NCBI RefSeq assembly: GCF_036946525.1
Contig: NZ_JAQIIY010000019.1
Location: 45,458 to 109,457, forward strand
Source: Mycobacterium kyogaense
Lineage (GTDB): Bacteria; Actinomycetota; Actinomycetes; Mycobacteriales; Mycobacteriaceae
DNA length: 64,000 bases
Direction of reading: 5' to 3'
This document shows, piece after piece, positions 37,044-45,396 of this stretch. Every line of letters begins with the position of its first letter. Within the stretch, counting starts at the first letter, position 1. The notes beneath the pieces were generated by a model. It was not told where the DNA came from. It saw only the letters and a list, made by a program, of their open reading frames with translations, and ran no database searches. A program made the position numbers and the translations under genes.

Positions 37044-38278
37044 CCGGTCTTCTCGAACGCCCGATTGCGGCGCTCGGCGTCCGCGCTACCGCTGAACAGC
37101 CCCGAATCCGCCTGTGGCGCATTGCGATACACGTCGTCGCGGGTATCGTCGCGCACCGCCTCGGTCTGGTGCTCGATTCGCCGAACAGGCAGTGCGCCGG
37201 GGTTGGTGCGCTGCAGCCACGCCACCATGCCCTCGCGGACATCGCAGCGCAGGTCGAACAGCTGCCCGGCGTCTGGCGCGCTGACCAGCATCCGAACCCG
37301 CACCACGCCCTCGACGGCGTCAGTGACCTGCAGGACGCCCACGCGGCCGTCCCACTTGTCGTTGGCACGCAACAATCTGTCCAGTTCGGCCCGCATCGCG
37401 TCGAACGGGACAGTGAAATCGACGTCCAGTTCCGCGGTTCCGAGCAATTGGGTCGCGTTGCGGGTCCAGTTCTGGAACGGGGTCGTGGTGAAGTACGTGC
37501 ACGGCAGCACCAGCCGGCGCTCGTCCCACAGATGCACGACGACGTAGGTGAGCGTGATCTCCTCGATACGGCCCCACTCCTCCTCGAGGACGACGACGTC
37601 GCCCACCCGGATCGCATCGGAGAACGCGATCTGGATGCCGGCGAACACCGAACCGAGGGAAGTCTGAGCGGCCAGACCGGCGACCACGGTCAATACGCCC
37701 GCCGAGGCGAACACCGTCTTGCCGACGTCGGAGAACGACGGGAACGTCATGAGCGCCGCTGCCACACCCAGCACGACGACGACCGCAACCGCGAGCCGGC
37801 GCAGCGTCGTGACCTGCGTGCGAATTTTGCGCCGGTGCCTGTCGGCGTCAGTCAGCCCGGTGTCACCGCCGGCGAACCGGGTGATGACCTGGCGCTCGGC
37901 GACCAGCAGCAGGCTGGCGACCAGCCAGGTCAGCGTGCCGATCACCGCGATCAGCAGCGTGTGATCCAGCCAGCCACGCCAGGCGGCCTGCCCGTCCGAG
38001 GCATTCCGCACGGCGGCTGAGGCCGCGATCACCACGAGCGTCGCTCGCAGGGGACGGCGGGTCAGATCGCCCACGTCGTGCAGGACGCGGCTGCGCCGGC
38101 CCAGTCGCTGGAGCAGCCAGGACAGGGCGAGACCCACCGCGTACGCGAGCGCGATGGAGCCGGCCACCCACGCTGCAGCGGTGGCCAGATGAGTTGCGGG
38201 GGCTATGGCATCGTCCACAGGGAAGACAGCTCCTCGGGATCGGGGGTGTGGCGCCAGAGGGGGACGTCGTCGTCGCAT
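37040..38278 (-). CDS. mechanosensitive ion channel (MscS family) protein
   Basis: TM helices followed by ...FSDAIRVGDVVVLEEEWGRIEEITLTYVVVHLWDERRLVLP. Start uncertain. Confidence 0.85.
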   Translation of the reverse strand: MRRRRPPLAPHPRSRGAVFPVDDAIAPATHLATAAAWVAGSIALAYAVGLALSWLLQRLGRRSRVLHDVGDLTRRPLRATLVVIAASAAVRNASDGQAAWRGWLDHTLLIAVIGTLTWLVASLLLVAERQVITRFAGGDTGLTDADRHRRKIRTQVTTLRRLAVAVVVVLGVAAALMTFPSFSDVGKTVFASAGVLTVVAGLAAQTSLGSVFAGIQIAFSDAIRVGDVVVLEEEWGRIEEITLTYVVVHLWDERRLVLPCTYFTTTPFQNWTRNATQLLGTAELDVDFTVPFDAMRAELDRLLRANDKWDGRVGVLQVTDAVEGVVRVRMLVSAPDAGQLFDLRCDVREGMVAWLQRTNPGALPVRRIEHQTEAVRDDTRDDVYRNAPQADSGLFSGSADAERRNRAFEKTG

Positions 38279-38356
38279 GATGCCGGCGCACCTGAGGCGT
38301 TCCCTACTGCGTCCCGGTGCAAAACCGCATCACCGGATCTGCCGCCCGATTGCGAC

Positions 38357-39007
38357 TCACCTCACACGCTTGGCCACCTGTCGCTTGATCTTCTCCGGCA
38401 GCGCGTCGGCCACCGTGAGCTCGGGCAGCAGCTCCGGCTCGGACATCAACGCGCGGAACACCACACCGACGCTGACCGCATGGTCGGGCCGCGAGACGAT
38501 CTCGATCGCGTCGCCGGCGCGCACTGTTCCGGGGGAGACGACGCGGAAGTAGGCGCCGGGAAGTGCGGCCGCGGTGAACGTCTTCATCCAGCCGCGGATC
38601 CCCAACCAGGTGGTGAACGTCCGGCACGGGGTGCGCGGGCTGGTCACCTCGAGGACCAGACCGTCCGAGCCGACCGCCCACCGCTCGCCCACCAGCGTGC
38701 CGGTCACGTCGACACCGGCGGTGGTGAGGTTCTCGCCGAACATCCCGTTGGTCAGTTCGCGGTCGAGCTCAGTGGCCCAGTGGTCGAGATCCTCACGCGC
38801 ATAGGCGTACACCGCCTGATCGTCGCCGCCGTGATAGCGGCGATTGCAGATGGAGTCGCCGATGACGCCGCTGCCCAGGCCGTCCTTGCGAGGCCCGGGG
38901 GCTCGCACCTCCATCGGTTCGGCGCTGGGCCGCTTGTCGATCCCGGTACGCAGCTCGCCCAGATCGATCGGCGCGGACGCCGTGTTCACCGTCAACACCG
39001 AAGCCAT
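38357..39007 (-). CDS. MOSC domain-containing protein
   Basis: ...HGGDDQAVYAY...GENLT..G...G..W......LEVTSPRTPC..F conserved Cys motif. Confidence 0.85.
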   Translation of the reverse strand: MASVLTVNTASAPIDLGELRTGIDKRPSAEPMEVRAPGPRKDGLGSGVIGDSICNRRYHGGDDQAVYAYAREDLDHWATELDRELTNGMFGENLTTAGVDVTGTLVGERWAVGSDGLVLEVTSPRTPCRTFTTWLGIRGWMKTFTAAALPGAYFRVVSPGTVRAGDAIEIVSRPDHAVSVGVVFRALMSEPELLPELTVADALPEKIKRQVAKRVR

Positions 39008-39032
39008 GACCGACGCTAACCCGTCTGGACGC

Positions 39033-39419
39033 TCACAGCCCTGCCGGGTCGTCAGGCACGTCGACGGCGTAGGACGCCAGCACCTCCAACGGGACGACCT
39101 CGAGGGTGCGTTCGTGCGTCGAGGCCAGCACCACAGGGCACGCCTGCCCGTCCTGGTGTGCGAGCAGCCAGTTGCGGGCCGTCACGCACCACCGGTCACC
39201 GGGCACGAGGCCGGGAAATCGGTACGCGGGCATCGGCGTGCTCAGGTCGTTGCCGATCGACCGCTGATGCGCGAGGAACTCCGTGGTCACCACTGCGCAG
39301 ATGGTGTGCAGCCCGAGGTCCTCGTCGCCGGTGCTGCAGCAGCCGTCGCGATAGAACCCGGTCAGAGGTTCGGTGCCGCACGGGTCCAGCTGCTCGCCGA
39401 GCACATTCAGTTCTTGCAC
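39033..39419 (-). CDS. DUF2237 family protein
   Basis: NVLGEQLDPCGTEPLTGFYRDGCCSTG..DLGLHTICA...FL pattern typical of DUF2237. Confidence 0.75.
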   Translation of the reverse strand: MQELNVLGEQLDPCGTEPLTGFYRDGCCSTGDEDLGLHTICAVVTTEFLAHQRSIGNDLSTPMPAYRFPGLVPGDRWCVTARNWLLAHQDGQACPVVLASTHERTLEVVPLEVLASYAVDVPDDPAGL

Positions 39420-39435
39420 GGGCTCAGCCTAGGTG

Positions 39436-40512
39436 TCAGATGCTGAGCCGGCGGTAGCGCTGCAGCCGGCGGATGGCCGGGGCCGCCGCGGTTCCGTCGC
39501 TCGGCGCCAGTGCCGCCGTCACCGCCGCCCGCACGCTGTCGGTGTCGAGGTGCATGCCGATCGCGACCAGGGAGTTGGCGGGCGAGTTCGCCGGGGCGGG
39601 CGCCACGTGCACCGAGGCGCCGACGACGTTGACCACGTAGCGGCGGACCGCGCCACGGAACCGGACCGCCACCGTGCCCTTCATCCGGTACACCCCGGCC
39701 GGGGGTTCCTCGAGCAGGTCGAGCACCGCGCCGGGATCGACGCATCCCTCACTGAGCACGGTCACCGAATCCGCGTGTGTGTGCTCGTGAGCACGGTCGT
39801 CATCGGCCGCCTTCAGCAATTCCTGGAACGTCAGCTGCCCCACCTGCTCCTCGGCGGCCACGTCGAACAGCAGCGCCGGGTCGATCCGCCCGGCCGTGGC
39901 GCCGACGACCTGCGCGTGCGGGTTGGTCTCGCGCACGCGGTCGGTGACCCGGCGCAGCACCGCGTCGCGTTCCCGCGGCCCGACCTGATCCAGCTTGTTG
40001 ACCACCACCAACGTCGCGGCGCCGTAGCGTGCCGGCGGGGCGGCGTCCCGGTCGACGGTGTCGAAGTGCGTCACCGCATCCAGCACGTCGACCACGCCGC
40101 CCGAGCGGATCGCGTCCACGCCGCTGAACCGGATGATGCGGGAGATCGCGACCGGGTCGGCCAAGCCGCTGGCCTCGACGATGATGGCGTCCAGCCGCAG
40201 ACGGGGGTCGGCGAGCCGGGCCAGCGCCACGTCGAGACCGCCGTCGTCGGGCAGGCAGCAGATACATCCGCCGGCGATCGAGGCGGGTTCGTCGACCTGG
40301 CCGGTGACCAGCCCGGCGTCGACGTTGAGCTCACCGAAGTCGTTGATCACCACGCCGATTCGTGCATCAGGGCTGCGCAGCACGTGGTTGAGCAGCGTCG
40401 TCTTCCCGGCGCCGAGATAACCGGTCAGGGCGATGACGGGTATCGGGTGCACAGCAGGGCAGGTTACCGGCGCGCGGAAGGAATCACGGCTGCCAGGATT
40501 CGCCGGTAGCAT
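39436..40512 (-). CDS. COG0523 (CobW/YeiR/ZigA-like) G3E-family metallochaperone GTPase
   Basis: Walker A GYLGAGKTT, metal motif GGCICC, C-terminal CobW_C-like domain. Probable true start is GTG 40452 (VHPIPVIAL). Confidence 0.85.
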   Translation of the reverse strand: MLPANPGSRDSFRAPVTCPAVHPIPVIALTGYLGAGKTTLLNHVLRSPDARIGVVINDFGELNVDAGLVTGQVDEPASIAGGCICCLPDDGGLDVALARLADPRLRLDAIIVEASGLADPVAISRIIRFSGVDAIRSGGVVDVLDAVTHFDTVDRDAAPPARYGAATLVVVNKLDQVGPRERDAVLRRVTDRVRETNPHAQVVGATAGRIDPALLFDVAAEEQVGQLTFQELLKAADDDRAHEHTHADSVTVLSEGCVDPGAVLDLLEEPPAGVYRMKGTVAVRFRGAVRRYVVNVVGASVHVAPAPANSPANSLVAIGMHLDTDSVRAAVTAALAPSDGTAAAPAIRRLQRYRRLSI

Positions 40513-40535
40513 CAGCCTCCGCGCCGGGAGCGCGG

Positions 40536-42215
40536 ATGGTGGGGGTGCGACGGGTGCAGGGCGACTTGGACGAGGGCGCGGACGAGGGCGCGGCCGAGGA
40601 GCTGACGCTCTCCGACGCTGCCTCTGACCTGCAGGTTCTCCGGTGCCTGCTGCGCGTCGCCGAGGCCGTCGCCCGGGCCGACGCGTTCGACGAGGCCCTC
40701 GAGGTGATCGCTGAGCAGGCGCTCGGCGCGCTTCGGGCGTCGTCGCTGTCGATCAGCCGCTGGGAGGCCGATCTCTCGTCGCTGCGCACCATGATCAACG
40801 TCGGCGACCTCGGCCCCGACGAGACGCGGTGGCCGGCCGACGAGTACTACCCGGTGAACGCCGACCCCCACATCTCTGATTTGCTGCTGCACGGCCGCTC
40901 CTACATCAACGCCCTTGACCAGCCCGACTGCCCGCCGTATTGCACGGCGTGGCTGCAGAAGATCGGCAAGGAGAGCGAGATCGCCGTGCCGATCATGAGC
41001 GGTGACTCGATGTGGGGCGAGATCTGGGCCTCCGGCGACGGCGGTCGACGATTCGACCTCGGCGACGCGCAGCTGCTCGCGGCCATCGCGGCGTACATCA
41101 CGGTGGCGATCAACCGATCCGAGACGTTGAACACCGTCTGGGGATATGCCCTGCAGGACCCGCTCACCGGCATCGCCAACCGCCGCGCCATCGATCAGCG
41201 TTTCACTGAATTGGATTGGGAGACATCCACTCCCGTAGTCATCCTGTGCGACCTGGACGGCTTCAAACGCATCAACGACCGTGACGGTCACCCGGCGGGG
41301 GATCAGCTGCTGCGCGATGTCGCCGCAGTGCTCGGCGGTCTGGCCGACACCGTCGATGGCGCGATAGCCGCGCGTCTGGGTGGCGACGAATTCTGCATCG
41401 TGCTCCCCGACGCATCGCTGGCCTCGGCGCAGGTGTTCGCCACCGATGCCACCCGTGCCCTGCACGACGCCGTCGATCGCGAGGTCAGTCTGTGTTGGGG
41501 CGCCGCGACGACGGGACCGGACGTCCGCAGCGCGGCGGAGTTGCTGGCCGCCGCCGATGCCGCACTGCTGCACGCCAAACGGCAGGGGCCGGCGCGCTAC
41601 AGCACCGGGGCACCGGCGTCGGTGGATGCCCGCGACCTCGCCGGGTGGGACCGTCGAACGGGGCCGCGCCGCGCCGTCGACCGGTTGGCCTCCGATCTGG
41701 TGCGCATGCTCGACGAGCAGCCCGAGATGACGCTTGCGCAGGCCCTGGAGGCGCTGGCCGTCGCCCTCTCGCAGGCACTCGACGCGGCGGCCTGGGCAAT
41801 CTCCGAGACCACCGAGGGAGGCACGGCGCTGAGGCTGGTGAGCAACGTCGCCAGCGTGCGCAAGCAAGAGGCGGGGCTCACCGTCCTCATCGACTTCGGA
41901 CCGCCGAACTATCCGCTCGAGGACTACCCCACCTCGGCGCGTGCGATCGCCGACGGCACGACCTTCCTGGCCGCGGTGGGAATGGAGTCCGCCGACCCCG
42001 ACGAGGTCGCGCTCCTGCAGGTTCTCGGCTACCAGGCGGTGCTCGGCATCGGTGTGCCCGCCGGCGAGAAGGGCTATTTGATGGAGATCTACTCCCATGA
42101 CGGTCACGCAGAACTCGCCGACATCGCCCCGCTGGCAAGGATTCTCGCGGCGTACTGCGTGACCCGGGTCGGTCAGCGGAACCCGGCCGACCCGCCGTCG
42201 GCCATGACCGTCTGA
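40536..42215 (+). CDS. GAF-GGDEF-GAF diguanylate cyclase
   Basis: N-terminal GAF-like region, LTGIANRRAID...CDLDGFKRINDRDGHPAGD...RLGGDEFCIV, then a second GAF-like C-terminal domain. Start uncertain. Confidence 0.85.
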   Translation: MVGVRRVQGDLDEGADEGAAEELTLSDAASDLQVLRCLLRVAEAVARADAFDEALEVIAEQALGALRASSLSISRWEADLSSLRTMINVGDLGPDETRWPADEYYPVNADPHISDLLLHGRSYINALDQPDCPPYCTAWLQKIGKESEIAVPIMSGDSMWGEIWASGDGGRRFDLGDAQLLAAIAAYITVAINRSETLNTVWGYALQDPLTGIANRRAIDQRFTELDWETSTPVVILCDLDGFKRINDRDGHPAGDQLLRDVAAVLGGLADTVDGAIAARLGGDEFCIVLPDASLASAQVFATDATRALHDAVDREVSLCWGAATTGPDVRSAAELLAAADAALLHAKRQGPARYSTGAPASVDARDLAGWDRRTGPRRAVDRLASDLVRMLDEQPEMTLAQALEALAVALSQALDAAAWAISETTEGGTALRLVSNVASVRKQEAGLTVLIDFGPPNYPLEDYPTSARAIADGTTFLAAVGMESADPDEVALLQVLGYQAVLGIGVPAGEKGYLMEIYSHDGHAELADIAPLARILAAYCVTRVGQRNPADPPSAMTV

Positions 42216-42926
42216 CCGGTGACGAACGCGGCGTCGTCGCTGAGTAGAAAGCGCACGACGGGCCCGATGTCGGTCGCCACGTCGCCGAGCCGGCCCAGCG
42301 GGACTGCACGGACGGTGCGTTCGTAGGTCGTCGGGTCCATCTCGCGCCACGCCCTGATGCTCTCGGTTTCGGCGTACGGGCACACGACGTTGACGCGGAT
42401 GCGGTGGCGGCCCCACTCCAGTGCCGCGACCTTCGACATGCCCCGGATCGCTTCCTTCGCCGCGCCGTAGGCGCCGAACCGGGACAGACCCTGTGTTCCC
42501 GATCCGGAGCCGAGGTTGACGATGCTGCCTCCACCGTTGCCGACGAAGATCGGGTACACGGCCTGCATCAGCAGGAACGTGGCGCGCGGCCCGACGTCGA
42601 ACACGAGGTCGTAATCCTGCTCGGTGATCTCGTGAAAAGCCTTGGGCTCGTTGGTCGCAATCGCGTTGTTGACCAGACCGTGCACGGTGCCGAAGGCGCC
42701 GACCGCCGCCGCGACGATGCGTGCGGCGGCGTCCTTCTCGCGCAGGTCCATCACCAGTGAGTCGACGGAACGGTCGGACAGCTCTGAAGCCGTCGCGCAG
42801 CACCTCCTCGTCGCGGTCGACCAGGAGCACCGAAGCGCCGCGCGCGGTGAGCGCGGTCGCGATGCCCTTGCCCACGCCGCGGGCCGCGCCGGTCACGATG
42901 ACCGAGCGCCCGGCCAGATCCGTCAT
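42173..42926 (-). pseudogene. SDR family oxidoreductase interrupted by a frameshift near 42793-42797
   Basis: N-terminus MTDLAGRSVIVTGAARGVGKGIATALTARGASVLLVDRDEEVLR is in one frame (from ATG 42926). The continuation ATASELSDRSVDSLVMDLREKD...NNA...YGAAK... is in another frame (ORF 42173..42754). Confidence 0.7.
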
Positions 42927-44176
42927 GTCGGCGCCCCCTTGACGATCACGCCGTCCTTGACGATCACGTGGAGATTCTTGGCCGGGTCGGCCAGCACGGA
43001 CAGGTCGGTGGTCGGGTCGCCGTCGACCAGCAGCACATCGGCCCAGGCGCCGGCGGTGATCTCGCCGAGGCGGGCCGACCGGTAGGGGTCGCGGTCGCCG
43101 GCCATCCGCAGCAGTGCGGCGTTGCCGGAGGTGACGAGCTTGAGGGCGGCGACCGCGCTCATGTATTCGCCGAGCCGCACCATCATCGCGCTCTGGAGAT
43201 CGGCGTGCTCCGGCTCGAACAGCAGGTCGGTGCCCCAGGCGAGACGCACCCCATGGGTGGCGGCCCAGCCGAAGAGCCGGTCGGTGCCCGCGCAGATCTC
43301 CCGGTTCTTCTGCGCGCTTGCCGGGTTGGCGAACGTGTGGTCGTGTTCGGCGAACGGTTGGGTGGACAGCCACACCTCGCGTTCCGCGAGCATCGCGATG
43401 GTCGGTTCGTCGGCGAGGTGGCCGTGCTCGATGGACTTCACGCCGGCGTCGACGGCGCGACGGATCCCGGTGACGTTGTAGACGTGCGTGGCGACGTAGG
43501 TGCCGTAGTCCTCGGCGGCCTGCACGGCGGCCCGCAACTCGGCCGGAGTGAACTGGACGGTGTAGAGCGGGTCGTACAGCGATGCCGCACCGCCGCCGAC
43601 CATGAGCTTGATCTGGCTGGCGCCGAGCTTCAATTGCTCGCGCACCGCGGCCAGCACGCGGTCGGGACCGTCGGCGACACGCATGAAACCGATCTGCTCG
43701 GCGCGGGACTCGTTGCCGCCCAGCGCGGTCGGCCGTTCGTAGACGAAACCGAAGTCGCCGTGACCGCCGGTCTGCGACAGCGCGGCCTGGCTGGGATAGA
43801 TCCGCGGACCCAACGCGGGTCGCGCATCGATCACCGTCTTGAGGCCGGCGGTGTCGCCGGCCATGTCGCGCACGGTGGTGAAGCCGCGCAGCAGGGTGTC
43901 CGTCGCACCGGTCAGCGCCGTCGCGGCGAGCAGCGTCTGCGAGCCCATCGCGAGGTTCAGCAGCGAGTTCGCCATGCCGACCAGGTGGACGTGGGCATCG
44001 ATCATGCCGGGCATCAGGGTGCGTCCGGTGCCGTCGATCACGGTGGTGCCGTCGGTCTCGGCGATGGGCGATGTCTCGACTGCGGAAATGGTGCGGCCCT
44101 CGATCAGCACGTGCCCGTCCGTCACCCGGTCGGACAGTCCGTCGAAGACTCGTACGTTCTTGATCAGCAGCGGCAT
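42923..44176 (-). CDS. amidohydrolase family (metal-dependent hydrolase) protein
   Basis: MPLLIKNVRVFDG...LMPGMIDAHVHL... Stop overlaps the SDR ATG (ATGA). The longer ORF prefix looks non-coding. Confidence 0.9.
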   Translation of the reverse strand: MPLLIKNVRVFDGLSDRVTDGHVLIEGRTISAVETSPIAETDGTTVIDGTGRTLMPGMIDAHVHLVGMANSLLNLAMGSQTLLAATALTGATDTLLRGFTTVRDMAGDTAGLKTVIDARPALGPRIYPSQAALSQTGGHGDFGFVYERPTALGGNESRAEQIGFMRVADGPDRVLAAVREQLKLGASQIKLMVGGGAASLYDPLYTVQFTPAELRAAVQAAEDYGTYVATHVYNVTGIRRAVDAGVKSIEHGHLADEPTIAMLAEREVWLSTQPFAEHDHTFANPASAQKNREICAGTDRLFGWAATHGVRLAWGTDLLFEPEHADLQSAMMVRLGEYMSAVAALKLVTSGNAALLRMAGDRDPYRSARLGEITAGAWADVLLVDGDPTTDLSVLADPAKNLHVIVKDGVIVKGAPT

Positions 44177-44206
44177 AGCGCTCACGCTAGCCGCTGAAGG
44201 ACACCG

Positions 44207-44235
44207 AAAAGCCGGACCCGCGTTGCGGGTCCGGC
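44207..44235 (-). terminator. rho-independent terminator (GCCGGACCCGC-aac-GCGGGTCCGGC followed by TTTTC on the minus strand)
   Basis: 11-bp perfect stem ~30 nt downstream of the stop of the Gly-rich protein gene. Confidence 0.75.
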
Positions 44236-44264
44236 TGCGATCGGTGGTCGGAGGTTGGTAGGGG

Positions 44265-44687
44265 TCAGGACACGGGGATGGAGGCGCAGCCGACGCCGGG
44301 GATGCAGCCCGACACGCCGCCGGGTCCGGCCGTGCCGCCGACGCCGCCCGGGTTGGTCGAGCCGCTGGCGCCGCCGGGGCCGGCCACGCCGGACGGGCCA
44401 CCGGGGATCGCGCCGCTGGCCCCTTCAGGGCCTGCGGCACCGGCTACGCCGCCGGGGTTGGTCGCACCGCTGACGCCACCGGCACCTGCTGTGCCGCCCG
44501 GACCGCCGGGGATGGCGCCGCTCGCGCCGCCCGGGCCCGCGGTCCCGATCGACGCGCAGGGCGTGCCGTCCGGGTTGAAGCACGGCGGGGGAGCCGGCTG
44601 GGCGAAAGTCAGGGGCGCAGTTGCGATTGCAGTCGCCGCCGCGCCCGCGAAGATCAAGGAACCTAGATTCAGTGTCTTGTGTCGCAT
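44265..44687 (-). CDS. secreted glycine-rich repeat protein bracketed by Cys pairs
   Basis: Signal peptide ...APLTFA|QPAPPPCFNPDGTPCASIG, then 35-aa repeats GPGGASGAIPGGPGGTAGAGGVSGATNPGGVAGAA, ending ...SGCIPGVGCASIPVS. Confidence 0.7.
   Translation of the reverse strand: MRHKTLNLGSLIFAGAAATAIATAPLTFAQPAPPPCFNPDGTPCASIGTAGPGGASGAIPGGPGGTAGAGGVSGATNPGGVAGAAGPEGASGAIPGGPSGVAGPGGASGSTNPGGVGGTAGPGGVSGCIPGVGCASIPVS
44295..44537 (-). repeat. about 2.3 tandem copies of a 105-nt (35-codon) coding repeat
   Basis: Protein residues 51-85, 86-120 and 121-131 align with few substitutions. Confidence 0.7.
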
Positions 44688-44748
44688 GTCTAACTAGTTG
44701 CCCGATCGCCGCAGAATCGAAACCACGAGTTGATGGCATCCTGGCGGG

Positions 44749-45396
44749 ATGGGTCTGATCTTCCGGTTGGTCGAGCTGCTGGTGGTGCTCGTGCCGCTGG
44801 TCGGGGTGGCCTACGCCACCTATCGCGGGATAGCCGCGGCCCGGCGTCAGCGTGATCCCGAACTCCCCGTGGCGCCCCCGGCGGTGCGGCCCGCCACCAC
44901 GGCTCAGCGTCGCACCGTGGTGCGGACCATCGAGCAGCACGATCGCACCGACACCCGGTGGCTGGAGTACGAATTGGACGCCGCGAAGGTGTTGGACTTC
45001 CCGCTGATGACCGATCTGCGCGATCCTCTGACCGAACGCTTCCACCGCGCGAAGTTGCGCGCCGATTTCCTGCGGCCCGCCGACATCGCCGACCTGCTCG
45101 AGGATCGCGACGCCCTGCGGACCTACGTCGAGGCGGTCGGTGAGTACGCGACGGCCTTCGACGTGGCCGAAGCCGAAGCGCGGCGGCGCAAGCGGGCCGC
45201 GTTCACCGCCGAGGAACAGGAGCGTCTGGCGCGCGCGCAACGGCTGCTGCGGGTCGCCGCCGACACCGCCGCCACCCCGCAGGAGCGTGAGCGGGCCTAC
45301 CGGTTGGCGCAGCGCGAACTCGACGGACTACTGGTCCTGCCCGAGCGTGCGCGTCATGAGCTGGAGCGCGGAATCAGCGGCGAACTCGGGGATTAA
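44749..45396 (+). CDS. hypothetical membrane-anchored coiled-coil protein
   Basis: N-terminal TM (LIFRLVELLVVLVPLVGVAYA) followed by Arg/Glu-rich helices. Confidence 0.6.
   Translation: MGLIFRLVELLVVLVPLVGVAYATYRGIAAARRQRDPELPVAPPAVRPATTAQRRTVVRTIEQHDRTDTRWLEYELDAAKVLDFPLMTDLRDPLTERFHRAKLRADFLRPADIADLLEDRDALRTYVEAVGEYATAFDVAEAEARRRKRAAFTAEEQERLARAQRLLRVAADTAATPQERERAYRLAQRELDGLLVLPERARHELERGISGELGD

Noticed and set aside
39420-40535. Search for a Zur box near the COG0523 GTPase gene
   Set aside because: No AT-rich palindrome resembling mycobacterial Zur operators is visible in the flanking intergenic sequences.
40512-43373. 953-aa minus-strand ORF spanning the GGDEF, SDR and amidohydrolase region
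   Set aside because: Its translation is Arg/Pro/Gly/Ala-rich with no recognisable motifs except the short stretch that is the true SDR N-terminus. It is antisense or out of frame relative to clearly homologous genes. This is a typical long spurious ORF of high-GC DNA.
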